NCBI GenBank assembly: GCA_038207335.1
Contig: JBBQZX010000017.1
Location: 32,001 to 96,000 of the forward strand
Length of the DNA stretch: 64,000 bases
DNA from: Chthoniobacterales bacterium
Lineage (GTDB): Bacteria > Verrucomicrobiota > Verrucomicrobiia > Chthoniobacterales > Chthoniobacteraceae
Direction: 5' to 3'
Part shown: positions 9,185-19,610 of the stretch, piece after piece
Layout: every line of letters begins with the position of its first letter
Numbering within the stretch: the first letter of the stretch is position 1
The notes under the pieces: model-generated
Told to the model about the DNA's origin: nothing
Seen by the model: only the letters and a program-made list of their open reading frames with translations
Database searches by the model: none
Program-made: the position numbers and the translations under genes

Positions 9185-10342
9185 TCAGATTCTTATGACC
9201 CGCGGTTTCACCCGAGCACTGACCCGTCTCAGGATGCTCGTCTTGTCCGCTTTTTCACTTACGCCCTGCCGATAAATATTGATGAGAATCCCGACGCAAA
9301 AGAGGCAGAACGCGAGGTTCGATCCGCCATAACTAATGAACGGTAGCGGCAACCCTTTGTTCGGCAAAAGCGCCGTGGTGACGCCGATGTTGAGCGCCGC
9401 CTGGAGTGCGATAATCACGACGATTCCGAAGCCGAGCAGCATCCCGAATCGGTCGCGCGCACGAGTTGAAATGACGGCACCGCAGAGAACGATGACCACG
9501 TAGCACGCGACGATGAGCAGCGTGCAACGGAGCCCGAGTTCCTCGCCGACCATCGGGAAAATGAAGTCGGTGTGTGCGAAGGGGAGGTAGGCCATTTTCT
9601 GGCGTCCATTGCCGAGCCCGAGTCCCTCGACGCCACCAGAGCCGAAGGCGATGAGCGCCTGATACTGCTGGAGTCCCGCGCCGTCCTTGAATTTTTCCAA
9701 ATCGAGGAACGCCATCAGCCGCCCGTGCCGCTCTTTCAAGTGCGTCGCGATGAACAGCATCCCCGCGATGCCGCCAGCGAAAATCGGCGCGATGTAGAGC
9801 AGCCGCGTGCCGGCGACGAACATCACGATGAACATGGTCGTCGCGATGAGCGCGGTGCTGCCCATGTCCACCTCCGGCGCGATGAGCGCGAGCAATATGC
9901 CGACGCCCGCGATCGGAGCTACGAAGCCTTTCAGCAGACTCCGGGCGTCCGTTTCCTCCCGCGAAAACCACCACGCGAGTGCACACACAGCCGCGAACTT
10001 CGCCATCTCCGACGGCTGAAACGAGGCGACACGAAAGTTCAGCCAGCGGGCCGAGCCGTTGATACGCTGGCCGAACGGCGGGATGAAGCAAAACAAGAGC
10101 AGCAGCACCGACGCGCCAAACCAGATGTACCAAGTCCGCTGCCAGAAATGGTAATCCACATTCGCGGTGATGACGCAGACGACGAAGCCGACCGCGAGCC
10201 ACGCGAACTGGCGCTTGATGAAGAAGTTCGGATTGCCGTGGCTGTCCCGCGCAAACGCGCTCGTGCTGAAGAGCATGACGCAGCCGATCACGACGAGGAT
10301 CGCGACCGCAACGACGAGAAAATAGACGCTCTTCCGGTGCAT
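9185..10342 (-). CDS. ftsW: SEDS peptidoglycan glycosyltransferase FtsW
   Basis: NGSARW, FQPSE, LPFAHTDFIF, LPFISYGGS; polytopic membrane protein. Confidence 0.95.
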   Translation of the reverse strand: MHRKSVYFLVVAVAILVVIGCVMLFSTSAFARDSHGNPNFFIKRQFAWLAVGFVVCVITANVDYHFWQRTWYIWFGASVLLLLFCFIPPFGQRINGSARWLNFRVASFQPSEMAKFAAVCALAWWFSREETDARSLLKGFVAPIAGVGILLALIAPEVDMGSTALIATTMFIVMFVAGTRLLYIAPIFAGGIAGMLFIATHLKERHGRLMAFLDLEKFKDGAGLQQYQALIAFGSGGVEGLGLGNGRQKMAYLPFAHTDFIFPMVGEELGLRCTLLIVACYVVIVLCGAVISTRARDRFGMLLGFGIVVIIALQAALNIGVTTALLPNKGLPLPFISYGGSNLAFCLFCVGILINIYRQGVSEKADKTSILRRVSARVKPRVIRI

Positions 10343-10397
10343 CTCAGCGCCTCGAAAAGTGCGGTCCTTTTGCTCGATTCATCGCTCGCCCGATCGC

Positions 10398-11120
10398 TCA
10401 GTTTTTCTTCGCGGGAACTTTCAGCGTCTGCCCGATCTGGAGCTTCTTCGGGTCGTCGATGTGATTCATTTTCAAAAGCTCGTCCTGGCTGACCCCGAGT
10501 TTCCTCGCGATCAAGACCGGGTTGTCGCCTTTCACCACCACGTACGATTTCGGAGTCGATTTCGCGCTCGCGGCGACCTTCGGCGTTTCCTCGGTTTTCG
10601 CCGTTGGGGTCGGCTTCCCTTTTGGAATGTTGAGCGACTGTCCGGGGTGCATCGACGCCACCGTTTTCGCGCCGTTCAGCTCCGAGAGTTCGGCGATCTT
10701 CACGCCGAATTGCGCGGCGACTTTCGCCGGCGTGTCGCCCGTTTTTACTTTGTAAATCCGTGCGCCGGAAATTGGCGAAGTGACTGTGGATGCGGGCGGC
10801 GGGACAGCGTGCATCGGCTCCGTTGCCTCCAATTTGGCGATGGGCGCCGCGGCGACAGGCGCGGCTTTTGCGAGCAACGGCGGCGTCGGAGGCGCGGGGT
10901 CTTGCGGCCCGCGATGCGCCTTGATGCTGTTGAAGGCGTAGATGCCGCCGACCGCCACGACATGCAGAATGAGCACGACGAAGAACGCGCTTGAGAGCCG
11001 TGTCTGCGGCTCGGCGTCGTAGTCGTCCATCGCCGGCACGGCGCGGCGCGCGGCGGCGTTGGCCTGGTATTTCTTGCGGGTCTTCAGCCGAAGCAGGTTC
11101 GTGATTTTTGGGAGCTTCAT
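10398..11120 (-). CDS. Membrane-anchored LysM-domain protein (two LysM repeats)
   Basis: From MKLPKITNLL: TM segment, then YKVKTGDT..KVA and YVVVKGDN..IARKLGVS..L.IGQTLKVP repeats. Confidence 0.88.
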   Translation of the reverse strand: MKLPKITNLLRLKTRKKYQANAAARRAVPAMDDYDAEPQTRLSSAFFVVLILHVVAVGGIYAFNSIKAHRGPQDPAPPTPPLLAKAAPVAAAPIAKLEATEPMHAVPPPASTVTSPISGARIYKVKTGDTPAKVAAQFGVKIAELSELNGAKTVASMHPGQSLNIPKGKPTPTAKTEETPKVAASAKSTPKSYVVVKGDNPVLIARKLGVSQDELLKMNHIDDPKKLQIGQTLKVPAKKN

Positions 11121-12457
11121 GGTGCGGTTGGGTGTTGGGTCAGGACGAGGTTGCGAAATTGGTTCCCGCGGTCGGCGTAGTTTTTGAACATGTCGAACGA
11201 CGACGTGCCGGGGCTGAAAAGGACGGCATCGCCGGGCTGCGCGGCATCGCGAGCGAGCTGCACGGCGGCTTCGAGCGAGCGGCCCGCGTTGGAGCACGGG
11301 ACGTGGCCGCCCCACATCGCCTCGATGCGATCGGCCATCTCGCCGAGCACCACGACGGCCCGGCATTTCTCCGCCACGAGCGCCGTGAGCGAGTCGAATT
11401 CGAAGCCTTTGTCCTTGCCTCCCGCGATCAGCACGATGGGCCGCGTCTCGGAGTGCAACGCCTTTTCGACGGAGTCGAGATTCGTGCCTTTCGAGTCGTT
11501 GATCCACTCGACGCCGGCGATCGTTCCAAGCACTTCGCAGCGGTGTGGGAGCGCACGATACGCCGCGAGCGCCGGGATCATTTGCGAAAATTCGAGGCCG
11601 AGCGCGACGCCGACACCGAGCGCGGCCATCAGGTTTTCCGCGTTGTGCGAACCGCGCAGATTCGTGTCGCGCATCGCGAGCACCGCCGCACCGTGGTAAA
11701 AAATCGTGCCCTCGCGGAGATCGAAATCTCCGCCGGCGACGAACGCGCTGAACGTGATTTTTTTGGCGGCGAGTTGCGGTAGGCGGTCGCGGAAATTCAC
11801 GACCGCCCAATCGTCCGCGGTTTGATTCTCGAAGACCCGAATCTTTGCGGCGTAATACTCCTCGATGCTGGCGTATCGATCGAGGTGATCGGCCGCAAAT
11901 CCAAGCCAGACGGCGATCTCCGCGCGGAAACGCTCGATCCGCTCGAGCTGGAATGAGCTGACCTCGATCGTCATCACATCGAGTTCCTTGCTCTGACGCA
12001 CGCGCGCTGAAAACGCCGGACCGATGTTCCCGCTCGCCACGGTTTTCACGCCGCACGAGTTGAGCATTTGCTCCACGAGCTGCGTCGTCGTGGTCTTCCC
12101 GTTTGTCCCCGTGATCGCGACGATCGGGCACTCGCACATCTCGTACGCGAGTTCGAGTTCGCCGATCATCTCGACTCGTTTGCGGAGAAAATTCTGCACG
12201 AGCGGTACCGCCGGATCGATGCCGGGGCTGAGCACCGCGAGGTCGTATCGAGTTGTGTCGTGCTCGGCGGCGAGCCCCGCCAGCACGCGGATTCCGAGAC
12301 GCCCGAGCGCGTCGATTTTCTTGCGGAGTTTATTCTCCTCCGCGGTGTCGAGCACGGTCACGAGAGCGCCCTCCTCATGAAGCAAAACCGCGGCTGCCTC
12401 GCCGCTTTCACCAGCGCCGAGGACTGCCACCAACTTATTGTGGAAGCGTGCATTCAA
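11117..12457 (-). CDS. murD: UDP-MurNAc-L-Ala:D-Glu ligase
   Basis: LGAGESG, SPGI, ITGTNGKTTTT, DHLDRY, NDSKGTN, SFDMFKNYADRG; start assumed at the TTG overlapping the mraY stop. Confidence 0.95.
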   Translation of the reverse strand: MNARFHNKLVAVLGAGESGEAAAVLLHEEGALVTVLDTAEENKLRKKIDALGRLGIRVLAGLAAEHDTTRYDLAVLSPGIDPAVPLVQNFLRKRVEMIGELELAYEMCECPIVAITGTNGKTTTTQLVEQMLNSCGVKTVASGNIGPAFSARVRQSKELDVMTIEVSSFQLERIERFRAEIAVWLGFAADHLDRYASIEEYYAAKIRVFENQTADDWAVVNFRDRLPQLAAKKITFSAFVAGGDFDLREGTIFYHGAAVLAMRDTNLRGSHNAENLMAALGVGVALGLEFSQMIPALAAYRALPHRCEVLGTIAGVEWINDSKGTNLDSVEKALHSETRPIVLIAGGKDKGFEFDSLTALVAEKCRAVVVLGEMADRIEAMWGGHVPCSNAGRSLEAAVQLARDAAQPGDAVLFSPGTSSFDMFKNYADRGNQFRNLVLTQHPTAP

Positions 12458-13587
12458 CGGAGCTTGAGAGTGGCGAGTCCGAGAAGCGCGAACATGACAG
12501 AGAGAATCCAGAACCGGACGATGACTGTGTTTTCCTTCCACCCCTTCAGCTCGAAATGGTGATGAATCGGCGACATCAGAAAGACGCGCCGACCTTCGCC
12601 GTGAATGCGCTTCGTGATTTTGAACCAAGTGCGCTGGATCAATACGGAGACAGCCTCCGCGACGAATACGCCGCCGACGACGACGAGCAACAGCTCCTGC
12701 TTGCAGCAGATCGCGACGACTCCGAAAAAGCCGCCGATGGCGAGCGAACCGGTGTCGCCCATGAAGACTTTCGCGGGGTGGCAGTTGAACCACAGGAAGC
12801 CGAACGACGCTCCGACCATCGCCATGCAAACCACCGTGAGTTCGCCCGCAAACGAGTAGTACGGAATCTGCAAATACTGCGCGAGTTTCACATTTCCCGC
12901 CGCATAGGTGAGGACGGAATATGCAGCTCCGGTCGTGATCGTGCAGCCGGCGGCGAGGCCGTCGAGGCCGTCGGTGAGGTTCACGGCATTCGATGCGCCG
13001 ATGATGACGAGGCCGAAAAAGACGATCGTGAAAGCGCCGAGATTCCAGATGAGCGGCGTCTTGTAGAATGGCACGTAGATCGCCCTCGCTTGGATTTCGA
13101 TCGCGGGATTCAGCAGGAAAAACGCGGTAACGACGGCCGCCACCGCCGCCTGCCCAATGAGCTTGGTGCTCTCGCTGACGCCCTTCGCGTTCTTTTTCGT
13201 GATCTTCAAATAGTCGTCCCAGAAACCGAGCAGTCCGCACGACACGATCGTGAAAAGAAGCAGCCAGACGGCCATGTTATCCGGGCGCGCCCAGATGATC
13301 GACGAGATGAAAACGCTGCCCAGCAGCAGCACGCCGCCCATTGTCGGCGTGCCAGCTTTTCCGCCGTGGAGCTCGAACAGTTTGTGCACCTCTTCTTTCG
13401 TGCGAACTGGCTGGCCCATCTTGAGGGAGATGAGTTTCCGGATGACCCAATTTCCGAATGTCAGCGACAGAAGGAAGGCGGTCAGCGCAGCCGCGACCGC
13501 GCGGAAGGTGATGTATTGGAAGACATTCAACGCGCGGAGGAAATCCGCCGCGGGAGCGATGCTCAGCTTGTAGAGGTAATACATCAT
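12454..13587 (-). CDS. mraY: Phospho-N-acetylmuramoyl-pentapeptide transferase
   Basis: KAGTPTMGG, DDYLK, SNAVNLTDGLDGLA, FMGDTGS, PIHHHFE. Confidence 0.96.
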   Translation of the reverse strand: MMYYLYKLSIAPAADFLRALNVFQYITFRAVAAALTAFLLSLTFGNWVIRKLISLKMGQPVRTKEEVHKLFELHGGKAGTPTMGGVLLLGSVFISSIIWARPDNMAVWLLLFTIVSCGLLGFWDDYLKITKKNAKGVSESTKLIGQAAVAAVVTAFFLLNPAIEIQARAIYVPFYKTPLIWNLGAFTIVFFGLVIIGASNAVNLTDGLDGLAAGCTITTGAAYSVLTYAAGNVKLAQYLQIPYYSFAGELTVVCMAMVGASFGFLWFNCHPAKVFMGDTGSLAIGGFFGVVAICCKQELLLVVVGGVFVAEAVSVLIQRTWFKITKRIHGEGRRVFLMSPIHHHFELKGWKENTVIVRFWILSVMFALLGLATLKLR

Positions 13588-14957
13588 GGCGTTTGCAAGC
13601 CCTCCACGATGCGCTCCATGCGAGCGGAACGGCTGCCTTTCACGAGCACGACGTCGCCGCTTTTCGCGAAGCGGCGAAGTGCTATGATGGCCTCGTCTAT
13701 CGCGTCGAATTTCTCGACATGCAAAACACCGCCGAGCAAGGCGGCATCGGCGACGAGCGCCGCCTCGGGACCGACGGCGATGAGTGTGTCGATGCGGAGT
13801 TTTGCGGCGACTTCGCCGACGAGGCGATGGCTGTTTCCGCTTTCGGATCCGAGTTCGCCCATGCGTCCGAGCACGGCAATGCGGCGTCCGGCGACTGGCA
13901 TTTCCGCGAGCGTTTGCAGCGCGGCGGTCATCGAGTCGGGATTGGCGTTGTAGCTGTCGTCGAGGATTTGGATTCCGCGCGCGGACTTCTGCTCGAGCCG
14001 CCCGCGCGTGAGCTCGAGCTTGCGCAAACCGGCGGCGCACTCCTCGAGCGAGAGGCCGAATGCGCGACCCGCGCCGACAGCGAGCAATGCGTTGGAAACC
14101 ATGTGCCTGCCGGGCACGGGAAGCTCCGCCTCCACGCTGGGTTGGTCAGCGTGAAGACGGAACCTCGTTCCCCCGAAGTCTTGTTGGATGTCGCTGGCGC
14201 GCACGCCGCCGCTATCCGTTCCGCAAAAAATCGCGTGCGCTTTCGTCCGCGCGGCGATGCGATTGGAGAACTCGTCTTCGCCATTCAAAATCAGTGTGCC
14301 GTCCGACGGAAGCGCCTCGGCGAGCATTCCTTTTTCCTGCGCGATCGCCTCGCGGCTACCCATGTATTCGATGTGCGCGACGCCGATGTTCGTGATGATC
14401 GCGACATCCGGCGCGGCCATTTTCGCGAGCGGCGCGATCTCGCCGGGATGATTCATACCGATCTCGAAGATGCCGATCTCATCGCTCTTCTTTGCGCGCA
14501 GCATCGTGAGCGGGAGGCCGATGTGGTTGTTGAAATTGCCAGCGGTCTTCGTGACTCGGAACCGCTCAGAGAGCACGGCGGCGGTAAGGTCTTTCGTGCT
14601 GGTCTTTCCGTTACTTCCAGTGATGGCGATCACCTTCAAACCAAGGCTGCGCCTGTATTCCGCGGCGATGCTCTGCAGCGCACGGAGCGTGTCCGCGACT
14701 TTGATGACGACGAAGTCGACGGGCAAACCGGCGGGGAACTCCGCTGCAATCACGCCGAGCGCGCCGCTTTCCGCGGCCTCGGAAATGAACGTGTGGCCGT
14801 CGAAATTCTCGCCGCGCAGCGCGAGGAAAAGTTCGCCGGGCTGGAGCGCGCGCGAATTCGTGCAGATGACCTCGGCGAGCCGCGATGGGTCGCCGGAGAC
14901 GAGCGTCCCCGCTGCCCACGCGGTGAGAGTTTCGATTTTTGTGGGCTCCATTTTCAC
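13584..14957 (-). CDS. murF: UDP-MurNAc-tripeptide:D-Ala-D-Ala ligase
   Basis: ITGSNGKTSTK, NNHIGLP, DDSYNANP, KGSR. Confidence 0.96.
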   Translation of the reverse strand: MKMEPTKIETLTAWAAGTLVSGDPSRLAEVICTNSRALQPGELFLALRGENFDGHTFISEAAESGALGVIAAEFPAGLPVDFVVIKVADTLRALQSIAAEYRRSLGLKVIAITGSNGKTSTKDLTAAVLSERFRVTKTAGNFNNHIGLPLTMLRAKKSDEIGIFEIGMNHPGEIAPLAKMAAPDVAIITNIGVAHIEYMGSREAIAQEKGMLAEALPSDGTLILNGEDEFSNRIAARTKAHAIFCGTDSGGVRASDIQQDFGGTRFRLHADQPSVEAELPVPGRHMVSNALLAVGAGRAFGLSLEECAAGLRKLELTRGRLEQKSARGIQILDDSYNANPDSMTAALQTLAEMPVAGRRIAVLGRMGELGSESGNSHRLVGEVAAKLRIDTLIAVGPEAALVADAALLGGVLHVEKFDAIDEAIIALRRFAKSGDVVLVKGSRSARMERIVEGLQTP

Positions 14958-16435
14958 CCGTTGTATTCCGTGCGCCGCACCTCGAGCGCCTGGGTCGCCA
15001 CCGCCACGTCGTCGAACGGCACGGTGCTGCCCGCGATTTCCTGATAATTTTCGTGCCCCTTGCCCGCGATCAAAACGATGTCGCGCGGCTCTGCCATTTC
15101 GATCGCGCGCGTGATCGCCTCGCGCCGGTCGGCGATGATCTCGTAGCGCCCGTGTTTCATACCGGGCTTGATGTCCGCGATGATCGCCAGCGGGTCTTCG
15201 TTGCGCGGATTGTCGCTCGTGATGATTCCGAAATCGGCGTGCTCATCGACGACCGCGCCCATCCGGGGACGCTTAGTTTTATCACGGTTTCCGCCACATC
15301 CGAAAACGACGATGAGCCGCGCCGGCTGGAGTTCGCGGCATGTCTTGATGACATTCAGCAGTGCGTCATCGGTGTGCGCGTAATCGACGAAAACTTTGAA
15401 CTGCCGCTGCGCCGGGACTCGCTCGAGACGGCCGGGGACGGACGGCGCATTCGCCATCGCGAGCACGGAGGAGCGGATATCCACGCCGAGAGCGTTCGCG
15501 CCGGCGATCGCGGCGAGGGAGTTATAGACGTTGAAATTTCCGATGAGCGGCAGGCGCACAAGGTAGCTGCGGCCGCCGGCATCGAGCTGGTAGCTGGTGC
15601 CGTTGAAGTCGATGCGCACATTGCTCGCACGGAAATCCGCGTGGACGCCGACGCCGTAAGTCGTGACGGGCAGTTCGTTCGCAAACCGTTTCGCGAGCTG
15701 AGCGCCGAAGCGGTCGTCGAGGTTGATGATCGCTTTCCCCTTCTTTTTCGACTGGTCGCGGAGGCCGGTGAAGAGCCGCGTCTTCGCCTCGAAATAGGCG
15801 TCCATCGTGCCGTGATAATCGAGGTGATCCTGTGTCAGGTTCGTGAAAATTGCGGCGTCGAACTCCACGCCGCGCACGCGCTCCTGAGTAAGCGCGTGAG
15901 AGGAGACTTCCATCGCGACGGTCTTGCAGCCGGCCGAGCGCATCTGCCAGAGCAGCTCGTGCAAATCGAGCGACTCCGGCGTAGTGCGCGGCGCGGGCAA
16001 AATGCGCTCGCCGAATTCATATCGCACCGTGCCGATGAGGCCGCAGCGCAGCAGCATTTGATCGCAGATGTGCTTGATCAAAAACGCAACGGTCGTCTTC
16101 CCGTTCGTGCCGGTGACGGCCGCGATTTTCAAGAACTTCGCGGGGTGCTGGTAAAACGCCGCGGCGAGGTCCGCGAGCGCGATGCGCGCGTTCGGTGCGA
16201 CGATGTTCGTGGCGCGCAATTTGATCTCGCCGTGCTCGCTGACGATAGCCTCCGCTCCTTGGCTCACAGCCTGCGAGACGAAATGCGAGCCATCGACTTT
16301 CTCGCCCTTCAAAGCGACGAAAAGCGCGCCCGGCTGCACGCGGCGTGAGTCGTAGGAAATAGACGTGATTTCGCGATCAACCGGACCGTCGATCTCGGTC
16401 GTGGCCGTGGCGGAAAGCAGCGCCTCGAGTTTCAT
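14954..16435 (-). CDS. murE: UDP-MurNAc-dipeptide:meso-DAP ligase
   Basis: GTNGKTT, TTPES, MEVSSH, DYAHT, GCGGNRD, DNPR (DAP-type motif), AGKGHE. Confidence 0.96.
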   Translation of the reverse strand: MKLEALLSATATTEIDGPVDREITSISYDSRRVQPGALFVALKGEKVDGSHFVSQAVSQGAEAIVSEHGEIKLRATNIVAPNARIALADLAAAFYQHPAKFLKIAAVTGTNGKTTVAFLIKHICDQMLLRCGLIGTVRYEFGERILPAPRTTPESLDLHELLWQMRSAGCKTVAMEVSSHALTQERVRGVEFDAAIFTNLTQDHLDYHGTMDAYFEAKTRLFTGLRDQSKKKGKAIINLDDRFGAQLAKRFANELPVTTYGVGVHADFRASNVRIDFNGTSYQLDAGGRSYLVRLPLIGNFNVYNSLAAIAGANALGVDIRSSVLAMANAPSVPGRLERVPAQRQFKVFVDYAHTDDALLNVIKTCRELQPARLIVVFGCGGNRDKTKRPRMGAVVDEHADFGIITSDNPRNEDPLAIIADIKPGMKHGRYEIIADRREAITRAIEMAEPRDIVLIAGKGHENYQEIAGSTVPFDDVAVATQALEVRRTEYNG

Positions 16436-16445
16436 TTTGAAAGCG

Positions 16446-18242
16446 TTAGTCGCGAACCGAGCCTGCCTGCGTCACGATAAGTTCGTTGTCCGGTTCTTCC
16501 GGCGAAGGAGTGAGATTGAGATAGCGCGCGGCCCGCTCCGCGATGCGGGAAAACACAGGCGCGGCGACGATTCCGCCGTAGTTGTTTTCGCGCTTCACCT
16601 TTGGCTCATCGAGCATGACGAGCACGGTAAATTCCGGCGCTTCTGCGGGCATGAATCCGACAAAGGAAACGACGTGCCTGTCGGGATCGTATCCGCCGTG
16701 TGGCCCGGCTTTTTGGGCCGTCCCGGTCTTGCCCGCGACACTGAACCCCGAAACGTGCGCGAGGGCCGCGGTGCCTTTTTTGCTCACTACTTTTACCAGT
16801 CCCTCGCGCACGATATCGACGGCCTCCGTGGTCGCCACGCGGCGCACTTCAGTGCGCTTCATCGACTGCACAACATTTCCGTCCTGGTCGGTGATCGACT
16901 GCACGATTTGCGGCATTAGGAGCACGCCGCCGTTCGCGATCGCGCTCATTGCGGTGACGATTTGCAGCGGAGTCGCGGCGACCTCTTGGCCCATCGGCAC
17001 GTGCGTGATCGAAATCTTTGACCAAGTGTGCGGCGGATGCACGACGCCCGGGATTTCGAACGGGAGATTGATGCCCGTACGCTCGCCGAATCCGAACTTT
17101 CGCACGGCCTCGTAAAGCCGCTGCTCGCCGAGCTGAATGCCGAGCTTTGCAGCGCCGATATTGCTCGAGTGCATGAGCAACTCTTGGATCGTGAGATCGC
17201 CGTATCCGCGGTGATCGTGCAGCGTGCTGCCGCCCCACAGAAACGCGCCATTTTCGCAAAAAATGTAGCTGTTGCGATTCACCAGCCGGAGGCTGAGCGC
17301 AGCGGCGGTCGGCACGATTTTGAAAGTCGAACCCGGCTCCACCATGTCGGTGATTGCGCGATTCAGGCGCGTCGCGATGACCATCGGATCGTCGCTCGGG
17401 TCAATTTCGTTCGGGTCGAAATTCGGGCGATTTGCCATCGCCAAAATCGCGCCGGTCCGCGGATTCATAATGACGCATGTCGCCATCTTCGGGCGGTATT
17501 GTTTGCACGCGATTTCGAGTTCGCTTTCCGCGATTTGCTGGAGCCCCATGTCCACGGTGAGCTGTACGTCGCAACCGTCGCGCGGAGCCCGCTCCTGGCC
17601 GCGATATGGGACGAGTTCGCGCCCCGTACCGGAGCGCTCGACGTATCGAAAGCCATCGCGACCGCAGAGAAATTCATCGAGGTTCTTTTCGATGCCCTCC
17701 ACACCAACGTTGTCCTTGTTCATGTATCCGACGACGTGGCAGAGCATCGAGCCGTTCGGATAATTGCGGTCGGTATCAGGCTCGAAATGAACGCCGCGGA
17801 GCTTCTGCGCCGCGAGCTGATCGGCGATGTCACACGCGATGCTGTCGGCGACTTTTTTCTTGATGACGATGTAGCGCGATGGCGTTTGTTTGCCATCGGT
17901 TTTCGACACGCGCTGCGTCGCCAGCTTTTCCAAAACCTGCGTCTCCGGCATGTCGAGCGCGCTCGCGACGATGCGGGCGATCGCGGGCTGATCCTCCATC
18001 AGCGAGCCATCGGCGATCACGATCTTCATCGGCTCGTTTTGCGCGAGCGACTCGCCGTTCACGTCTCGGATCGCGCCGCGCCTCGCGTAGATCGGTTCTT
18101 TGTTGACGTGCTTCTCCGCTGCCATAGCGGCGAATTCGTCGTGCCGTGTGACTTGCAACTGCACGAGCCGCGCGGAGAAGACCGTGAAGCTGCCCGCAAG
18201 GCCGCAGCACGTCATGAATGCACGCCTCGAGGTGCCGCTCAT
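16446..18242 (-). CDS. ftsI: Class B penicillin-binding protein (FtsI/PBP3)
   Basis: RRGAI.D, EPGSTFK (SxxK), HSSN (SxN), GKTGTAQ (KTG). Confidence 0.93.
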   Translation of the reverse strand: MSGTSRRAFMTCCGLAGSFTVFSARLVQLQVTRHDEFAAMAAEKHVNKEPIYARRGAIRDVNGESLAQNEPMKIVIADGSLMEDQPAIARIVASALDMPETQVLEKLATQRVSKTDGKQTPSRYIVIKKKVADSIACDIADQLAAQKLRGVHFEPDTDRNYPNGSMLCHVVGYMNKDNVGVEGIEKNLDEFLCGRDGFRYVERSGTGRELVPYRGQERAPRDGCDVQLTVDMGLQQIAESELEIACKQYRPKMATCVIMNPRTGAILAMANRPNFDPNEIDPSDDPMVIATRLNRAITDMVEPGSTFKIVPTAAALSLRLVNRNSYIFCENGAFLWGGSTLHDHRGYGDLTIQELLMHSSNIGAAKLGIQLGEQRLYEAVRKFGFGERTGINLPFEIPGVVHPPHTWSKISITHVPMGQEVAATPLQIVTAMSAIANGGVLLMPQIVQSITDQDGNVVQSMKRTEVRRVATTEAVDIVREGLVKVVSKKGTAALAHVSGFSVAGKTGTAQKAGPHGGYDPDRHVVSFVGFMPAEAPEFTVLVMLDEPKVKRENNYGGIVAAPVFSRIAERAARYLNLTPSPEEPDNELIVTQAGSVRD

Positions 18243-18604
18243 GGCGTCGTCCTTTCGTTGGAAACCGCGCGGATTTCACTGGCTGATTTTCTCGAGCCGA
18301 GGTCGAGGCGCACAAGACGATCGTCGGTAATCGGGACGAGCTTGATGAAGCCTGAGTCGAGCCGGCGCTGGAGCGCGGCGCGGGAGGAAAGGAGCGCAAT
18401 TTTCGAACGCACGACCTCGTCCTGCGTAGTGAGTTCGGCGAGCTCGCGCTCAAGTGCCTTGGTCTTCGTCCCAGTCGTGATGCTCTGGTTTTTCAGATAG
18501 ACGTATCCAAGCCCGGCGAAGCCGATCACCACACAGATGAGCACCCATCCCGTGATCAGTGCGAGCGGGACGGTATTGGCGTGACGATGACGATTTGCGG
18601 CCAT
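18239..18604 (-). CDS. ftsL: FtsL-like bitopic coiled-coil division protein
   Basis: Position between rsmH and ftsI; one TM segment followed by a heptad-like segment. Confidence 0.7.
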   Translation of the reverse strand: MAANRHRHANTVPLALITGWVLICVVIGFAGLGYVYLKNQSITTGTKTKALERELAELTTQDEVVRSKIALLSSRAALQRRLDSGFIKLVPITDDRLVRLDLGSRKSASEIRAVSNERTTP

Positions 18605-18617
18605 GGCGTTGGGGGAG

Positions 18618-19610
18618 TTAGAGCTTTTCGACGACCCGTAGTTTCGCGCTTCGAGACCGCGGATTGGCGCGCTGCTCGGCGTCGGAAGCAGCGACGGCCT
18701 TGCGCGTGATTTTCTTGAAAATGTGATCGGGATTCCGGCGCGGCGCGGGCCACTCTGGGCGGTCGAGAAACTCCGCCGCGCGGTGCGCGAAGAACGCTTT
18801 CACGACGCGATCTTCCAAAGAGTGAAACGTGATTGCGGCGAACCGTCCGCCGTTCGCTAGCCGGCTGGAAAATTGCGCAAGCGCAGTTTCGAGCGCTTCG
18901 ATTTCACGATTCACTGCGATGCGGAGCGCTTGGAAAACGCGAGTCGCCGGATGCGTCTTGCCATGGCGAGGAACGACACTTTCCACCGCCTCCGCGAGCT
19001 GCAGCGTGCGGGTGAAAGGCGCGACCATGCGGTCACGCACGAGCCGCGCGGCAATTTTGCGCGCGGCGGGCTCCTCGCCAAATGCGCGGAAGATGCGCTC
19101 GAGTTGCTCGCCGCTCATCGTATTCACGAGGTCGGCGGCGGAGATGGGCGCGCCTGGGTCCATGCGCATGTCGAGTGGCCCGTCGTGCATGAATGAAAAG
19201 CCGCGTGCCGCAGAATCGAGCTGATGCGAGGAGACGCCGATGTCGATGAGCGCGCCGTCGATCTGCGCGATACCGAGCGAATCGAGCACGGCGGCGATGT
19301 TGGTGAAATTGGCTCGAACCCCGGTGAACTGAGCGCCGAATCTCGCGAGCCGCTTCGATGCAAATGCGATCGCGTCGGGATCCTGGTCGAACCCGATGAC
19401 GCACGCGCCGGCCGCCAGCAGCGCCTCGGAATGTCCGCCGCCTCCGAGTGTGCCATCGACGATCACGCGGCCCCGCACGGGCGCGAGCCGCTCGACGGTT
19501 TCCGCGAGCAGGACGGATTCGTGATATTCGTGGCGTGCGATTTTCAAAATGGGAATGCGAGGCCGCGAAGTGACTCGCGGCAACGATTTGACTTCTGCCG
19601 TGGCCGTCAT
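18618..19610 (-). CDS. rsmH: 16S rRNA m4C1402 methyltransferase
   Basis: DGTLGGGGHS, DIGVSSHQLD..RGFSF, HPATRVFQALRI, FHSLEDR, NPRSRSAKLR. Confidence 0.96.
   Translation of the reverse strand: MTATAEVKSLPRVTSRPRIPILKIARHEYHESVLLAETVERLAPVRGRVIVDGTLGGGGHSEALLAAGACVIGFDQDPDAIAFASKRLARFGAQFTGVRANFTNIAAVLDSLGIAQIDGALIDIGVSSHQLDSAARGFSFMHDGPLDMRMDPGAPISAADLVNTMSGEQLERIFRAFGEEPAARKIAARLVRDRMVAPFTRTLQLAEAVESVVPRHGKTHPATRVFQALRIAVNREIEALETALAQFSSRLANGGRFAAITFHSLEDRVVKAFFAHRAAEFLDRPEWPAPRRNPDHIFKKITRKAVAASDAEQRANPRSRSAKLRVVEKL

Noticed and set aside
12458..13240. Long N-terminal extensions on the murD, LysM, mraY and transglutaminase ORFs suggesting fusions
   Set aside because: Off-frame overlaps with the upstream genes. 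Real starts overlap the upstream stops (ATGA/TTGA).
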